This document shows positions 59,904-64,000 of a stretch of 64,000 nt of DNA, in pieces (the first letter of the stretch is position 1; every line of letters starts with the position of its first letter). This stretch comes from Euryarchaeota archaeon UBA182 (GTDB lineage Archaea; Thermoplasmatota; Poseidoniia; Poseidoniales; Thalassarchaeaceae), in the NCBI GenBank assembly GCA_002495675.1, contig DAGH01000001.1:50592-114591 (forward strand), read 5' to 3'. Made by a program: the position numbers and the translations under genes. The notes beneath the pieces were generated by a model, which saw nothing but the letters and a program-made list of their open reading frames with translations, did not search any database and was not told the DNA's origin.

Positions 59904-60185
59904 CTATGCAAAATGCTCGTTAAATCTCCCTTCCTTTGTGGCCTTGATGGCTTCTCTGGCGTGCATGCCCTCTACCTTGATTCTCATGGCAACACATGTG
60001 CCCATGACTTCTCTGCACATTGCGGAGATATCTGAGCCTGTTAGTTTGGATTTCTGCTTTCCAACAACTGACTTGATCTGCTCAATGGTGATATTCTCAG
60101 TAGCGCTATCGACATCACCGTTGCATTTCTTCAGACCCAATTCTTGAAGGATCAGATGAGGAGTTTCATTACGGTCGGACATCAC
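59904..60185 (-). CDS. rpl11: Ribosomal protein L11 (uL11), C-terminal rRNA-binding domain only
   Basis: 93 aa. TPHLILQELGLKKCNG...ITIEQIKSV...REVMGTCVAMRIKVEG aligns with L11 residues from about 70 to the end. The N-terminal domain (PGGKATPGPPLGPALG) is absent. Only 70 nt separate this ORF from the spt5 stop, and an in-frame TAA lies at 60225-60227. Confidence 0.7.
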   Translation of the reverse strand: MMSDRNETPHLILQELGLKKCNGDVDSATENITIEQIKSVVGKQKSKLTGSDISAMCREVMGTCVAMRIKVEGMHAREAIKATKEGRFNEHFA

Positions 60186-60256
60186 AAAACACCTCGTCGC
60201 GGTTCCGGCCCACCTACTCTTCCTTTATGAGCGTGATGCAAACCAGAACGACCCTT

Positions 60257-61150
60257 TCACTCCACTCGTTGTGTCACCCTTACTTGATCGGCCCTGACTG
60301 TCAATGCAACGGGCACCAGTGCCTCGTAGAGCTCCACCGTCACTTCTTCCTTCGATTCTGTGACCCTGACTACACGTGCTGATTGGCCTCGGAAGGCCCC
60401 ACCCGTGATCTCAACTATGCAACCCTCCTCTATGCCAGCAGTGGCTGCCTTAGGCTCAAGGTACGGGAGTACATCCTCGAGTGGCGATTCCCCATCGAGT
60501 ACCTTCCTGCAGTTCTTCATGGGCGTGGTGCTCATCCCGGTTCTGCCGATCACCTTCTCGACGTGATGCTTGGCAGATGCTTCTACGAAGACATACCCCT
60601 TCATGTGTTGTGGTTGCAATACGCTGAATATCTCATCTTGGATGTCCTCTAGCGATCCAGTCCCTGAGAGCCTCGCCCTGATCTCCTTCGCGACATTCTG
60701 CTCCTGACCTATCGAGGTTTTTAGGATGTAAAGGAAAGAGGCGACGTCACCGTATAACTCGCTCAGTCGTGGCATTGAGTACTCCTTTTCACCAATCCTC
60801 CCGGGGTCTATCCATTCACAGTTTTTGTAAATCGTTTTAGCCGAAATGTCGGCCTTGTCCCCCAAGAAGAGCAGCGGAGTGACCTCGACTAGCCTTGCAG
60901 GTGCGCTGGAGGTTTTTCCGAACGAGATACCACGTGCAGCACCTGATCTGACGTATGTGAGCGCATCAGCTTCGATGCCTGTACATTCTGATATTCTTGA
61001 AATTACTGCTTCGATGTCATCTGGGTCACCGGCTCCATATACCCCGTCCCAGGCACCTGGGAGATCTCCGATATCGTCTGATCTTTGCATCAACAATACT
61101 CTATCTTCTGACCGAACAAAGGCTACAAACGCTTCTGACATGCAAATCAC
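60257..61150 (-). CDS. spt5: Transcription elongation factor Spt5 (NGN plus KOW) with a roughly 140-aa N-terminal Nudix-like extension
   Basis: The NGN domain is LYILKTSIGQEQNVAKEI...KGYVFVEA. The KOW domain is GCIVEITGGAFRGQSARVVRV. N-terminal residues 1-125 read FVRSEDRVLLMQRSDD..LPGAWDGVYGAGDPDDIEAVISRISECTGI, which is a Nudix-fold pattern with a degenerate box. Confidence 0.8.
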   Translation of the reverse strand: MICMSEAFVAFVRSEDRVLLMQRSDDIGDLPGAWDGVYGAGDPDDIEAVISRISECTGIEADALTYVRSGAARGISFGKTSSAPARLVEVTPLLFLGDKADISAKTIYKNCEWIDPGRIGEKEYSMPRLSELYGDVASFLYILKTSIGQEQNVAKEIRARLSGTGSLEDIQDEIFSVLQPQHMKGYVFVEASAKHHVEKVIGRTGMSTTPMKNCRKVLDGESPLEDVLPYLEPKAATAGIEEGCIVEITGGAFRGQSARVVRVTESKEEVTVELYEALVPVALTVRADQVRVTQRVE

Positions 61151-61157
61151 CCCACTC

Positions 61158-61427
61158 TTAAGACCCGGTTAACCATCCAAAGAAAGATGGTAAGGCATTG
61201 TCCATGAGGGCCAACACGACGAATCCAATAGCCCCAAGAACGAACATCCCAATTCCACAGACGATTACCGTCTGCCTAAACTCCAACTTGGAAGGCTTCT
61301 TTGCCATCTTCAGGATCCTTGCTGTTGATCCTGTTTGCAGTCTACGTACTCGTCCCTCAATCTCATCCTGCCATGTTTGAACACGAGTTTCTATTGGTCC
61401 TCTTTGACTAGTCTCGATGGCCATCAC
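61158..61427 (-). CDS. secE: Preprotein translocase subunit SecE (Sec61 gamma)
   Basis: ARILKMAKKPSKLEFRQTVIVCGIGMFVLGAIGFVV. Canonical position upstream of spt5. Confidence 0.85.
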   Translation of the reverse strand: MMAIETSQRGPIETRVQTWQDEIEGRVRRLQTGSTARILKMAKKPSKLEFRQTVIVCGIGMFVLGAIGFVVLALMDNALPSFFGWLTGS

Positions 61428-61497
61428 TTACACCTTGGGTGAAGCGGCCGATCGATGGAGTCCATTTAAGCACGCCGACTTCAACCGCCCCCAAATC

Positions 61498-62616
61498 TCA
61501 TCCAATGAATTGTATCGATCTAGCCCGCGCATCAACGAGGTCCGTCCTCTTCCTAGAGCCGTGAATCTGTTCGCTTCGGACTCCAGTTAACACAACTAGG
61601 ACCCTAACATACCCCTCGTGTTCCGAGGCCTCAGTAGTTGCACCCCAAATGATTCTTGCATGGGGGGCAATCCTACTGCCGATAATCTTGGCACATTCTT
61701 CTGCCTCTCCGAGCGTCAAATCGTTGCCTCCCACGACATTGATCAGTGCACCTTTAGCATCACTTACGTCCAATTCTAGCAACGGCGAGGATAGAGCCTC
61801 ATCGGTTGCGATCCTTATTCGATCTCCGCCGGTAGCTTCTCCATGTCCTATCATCGCTACACCACCACCATTCATCATTACGGACCGAAGATCCTCAAAG
61901 TCCAGATTCACAATCCCCTCCTTGGCGATCATGTCGGACACTCCCCTTATGCTCTGCAACAGGAGCTCGTCAGCCACCCTGAAGGCTGCATCAAGGGGTA
62001 GATCTCTTACACCTTCGACAGACAATAATTTCTCATTGGGGAGTACTATGACCGTGTCGCATACCTCGGTGAGTCTCTCAAGCCCCCAATCCGCATTCTG
62101 TTTTCTAGTCGAGCCTTCTGAGGAAAATGGGTAAGTCACAATTGCAATGGTTAAGGCCCCTGCAGACTTACAAAGTCTGGCCACTACGTGGGCCGACCCA
62201 GTGCCAGTGCCACCACCCAACCCAGCAGTAATGAATGCTAGGTCACAGCCTTCGACTTCCTTGGCCAACATCGGCTCAGATTCAAATGCTGCTTGCTCTC
62301 CTTTTTCAGGGTCTCCTCCAGCCCCTCTCCCCCGAGCAGTCCTTCCAATCAGCATTTTTTCTGCAACGTTGACACGTAATAGGTGCTGAGCGTCGGTATT
62401 TACAGCCAAGCCCCGAACTTTTTCTCTGTTGAACAATCCTTCTGAACTCAATCTGGCGATTGTGTTTGATCCACAACCCCCGCAACCAAACACCCTGATG
62501 TTGGGTTGGAGGGTTTCCAGCAGCCTCTCTAAATCTTCGTCATTAGAAGCCCCATCATTTGGATGTTCTTCTGGAGAAGGCTCTTGCTCCGATAATCTAT
62601 CTATGAGGTGCTTCAC
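61498..62616 (-). CDS. ftsZ: Cell division protein FtsZ
   Basis: Tubulin signature GLGGGTGTGSAHVVA, plus NTDAQHL and IVTYPFSSEG. Confidence 0.9.
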   Translation of the reverse strand: MKHLIDRLSEQEPSPEEHPNDGASNDEDLERLLETLQPNIRVFGCGGCGSNTIARLSSEGLFNREKVRGLAVNTDAQHLLRVNVAEKMLIGRTARGRGAGGDPEKGEQAAFESEPMLAKEVEGCDLAFITAGLGGGTGTGSAHVVARLCKSAGALTIAIVTYPFSSEGSTRKQNADWGLERLTEVCDTVIVLPNEKLLSVEGVRDLPLDAAFRVADELLLQSIRGVSDMIAKEGIVNLDFEDLRSVMMNGGGVAMIGHGEATGGDRIRIATDEALSSPLLELDVSDAKGALINVVGGNDLTLGEAEECAKIIGSRIAPHARIIWGATTEASEHEGYVRVLVVLTGVRSEQIHGSRKRTDLVDARARSIQFIG

Positions 62617-62682
62617 GATACCTTGTCCACATCAACAGCAGAATAACGATTCCCCCCACAACGATTCCTAACAACTCAATTT

Positions 62683-63150
62683 GTGATGATATCGAAATCC
62701 TCCGAGGCTCCTGACTGTTCAACACCGGTTCAAATAACTAGGGGGGATCCTCAAGCCAACATGACAACAGACCTCAGAGGGTGGATTGGAGGTTCTGCGA
62801 TACTGGCATCAATGTGCTGCCTGCCGTCTGTTATATGGGTTCTCTTTGCTGGGAGTTCCGCGATAGTCGCTGCAGATCAATTGTCGAATAGTCTGTACTA
62901 CTCATGGGCAAGGTGGGCTTTGTATGCTGCCTCGCTTTCGATGTTGTCGTACGGGCTAATCCTCTTTTTCAGGTCAAAAGGGATTTGCACGCTCGATGAC
63001 GTCTCGAGGGAGCGAAGAAGGGTAATCAACACGACACTGGCGACGTTTACCATCTCCATACTGTTCTATTTGGTTTGGAATTACGTCGTTCTGGAAATTG
63101 CAGGGATCGCGGTTGGCCTACCTTGGGAGGATTCAGCCTTCTGGAATTGA
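62683..63150 (+). CDS. Small membrane protein with a CC motif in the first TM helix
   Basis: GGSAILASMCCLPSVIWVLFAG followed by three more hydrophobic helices. The start may be the ATG at 62761 (MTTDLRGW). Confidence 0.45.
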   Translation: MMISKSSEAPDCSTPVQITRGDPQANMTTDLRGWIGGSAILASMCCLPSVIWVLFAGSSAIVAADQLSNSLYYSWARWALYAASLSMLSYGLILFFRSKGICTLDDVSRERRRVINTTLATFTISILFYLVWNYVVLEIAGIAVGLPWEDSAFWN

Positions 63151-63822
63151 CTGGATTAACATCGCTCTCGCTGAAAGGAATCTCGTTACAAATGTGTATA
63201 ATCCACCGTACGCGGAGAAAACGACAGCCAAACCAAATCCATTCATTTGATCAAGCCCTAGCATAGCATACCCACCGACATCCCCTGGTATGACTACAGA
63301 GAAACTGACAAGATCGGCGGCATGGAGGCCCGCTAGACACATTCCAATAATCGTAATCACCATCCTGTCCGCTCTAGAGAAGCCGCCGTAGATCCTACCG
63401 AGCCCTACTGACTGGGCTTGAGTGCCCATGTATGACCCCATCAGTGTGAGTAGTGCCGCTCCAAAACCCAAAGAAGGACCAACCCCAAAATCTGAGTTAA
63501 ATCCAATAGCGACGATTATTCCTACATCGACCACACGATCAATGGTATGGTCCAGGAAGTCCCCATAGGGACCAGCATTGCCTTGATGCCGTGCAAGATC
63601 CCCGTCTAGAGCATCCATGACCCCCGCCAATCCAATCATCAAGATTGAGCCAAAAATCAGGAGAGCGCCGGAGGAATCCATGGAAGCATTGGCAATCATC
63701 CAAAACGAGACACAGGAGACAACCAGACTAGACCATGTTAGTATGTTTGGGTCTGTATCCCCCAATTTCACGATTATGGGGTGAGTCAGACTCGACCATC
63801 TTTTTCTCAAGCGCTCGAACAT
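63133..63822 (-). CDS. CDP-alcohol phosphatidyltransferase (archaeal polar-lipid head-group synthase)
   Basis: DALDGDLARHQGNAGPYGDFLDHTIDRVVD equals Dx2DGx2ARx8Gx3Dx3D. The ATG at 63822 overlaps the upstream stop (TGATG). The ORF track starts at 63849. Confidence 0.8.
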   Translation of the reverse strand: MFERLRKRWSSLTHPIIVKLGDTDPNILTWSSLVVSCVSFWMIANASMDSSGALLIFGSILMIGLAGVMDALDGDLARHQGNAGPYGDFLDHTIDRVVDVGIIVAIGFNSDFGVGPSLGFGAALLTLMGSYMGTQAQSVGLGRIYGGFSRADRMVITIIGMCLAGLHAADLVSFSVVIPGDVGGYAMLGLDQMNGFGLAVVFSAYGGLYTFVTRFLSARAMLIQSIPEG

Positions 63823-64000
63823 CACAACCCTCCGATATCTTCGGCCCAATCCAACACGGATGAAGATTCGGTACCATCCAATTCCGAACCTAGGGATTTT
63901 TCAATCAAATCACAGATTTCCTCCGGCCCTGAGAAAGTGGTGTCAAACTCGATCCATGGCACATGGTCAGGTCCCATCTCATTCCATGGGCCACCAAGTA
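63822..64000 (-). CDS. 3' end of an unidentified CDS whose start lies beyond the window
   Basis: An open frame runs from the window edge (..PWNEMGPDHVPWIEFDTTFSGPEEICDLIEKSLGSELDG...DIGGL*). It ends in a TGA that overlaps the start of the downstream gene. Confidence 0.4.
   Translation of the reverse strand, partial: LGGPWNEMGPDHVPWIEFDTTFSGPEEICDLIEKSLGSELDGTESSSVLDWAEDIGGL

Noticed and set aside
59515-60147. A 210-aa plus-strand ORF.
   Set aside because: It is antisense to the strongly recognisable L1 and L11 genes, and its sequence is hydrophobic and Ser-rich with no motifs.
61649-62134. A 161-aa plus-strand ORF.
   Set aside because: It is antisense to ftsZ, which carries the tubulin signature. 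It is Ser/Pro-rich shadow sequence.

Overview
This 64-kb window is an archaeal chromosome segment with dense coding on both strands. The evidence is a run of archaeal housekeeping genes: L18e-L13-S9-RpoN plus tRNA-Pro, MCM, GatE, Pth2, Trm1, and the block FtsZ-SecE-Spt5-L11-L1-P0-P1. FtsZ and GatE suggest a euryarchaeal-type organism. The Ca-binding repeat surface proteins and an amino-acid ABC importer hint at a marine heterotroph, but lineage cannot be proven from the window alone. I support about 55 CDS, three tRNAs (Pro-GGG and a tandem Arg-GCG/Arg-CCG pair), one 66-bp in-frame tandem coding repeat array and one strong intercistronic hairpin. I saw no rRNA, CRISPR array, cas operon, integrase or transposase.

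The most unusual content is bacterial-type DNA-end processing machinery inside this archaeal core:
- A translationally coupled AddB-like/AddA-like helicase-nuclease pair of 1189 and 1585 aa (40.2-48.5 kb), with visibly lower GC than its neighbours.
- A tRNA-bounded 5.6-kb segment (7.4-13.1 kb) carrying a complete NAD+-dependent LigA, a stand-alone Cas4/AddB-type Fe-S PD-(D/E)XK nuclease and a DEDDh exonuclease.

Other oddities:
- An L11 gene that encodes only the C-terminal rRNA-binding domain.
- Spt5 with a roughly 140-aa Nudix-like N-terminal extension.
- A LivH-TM2-LivM fused permease.
- A cysteine-dioxygenase-like cupin next to an aminotransferase.
- A coiled-coil protein with a SAP/Rho_N-like domain.
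- Two giant Asp-rich (thrombospondin type-3-like) surface proteins.

All calls come from reading the translated ORFs and the DNA by eye; no database search was run.
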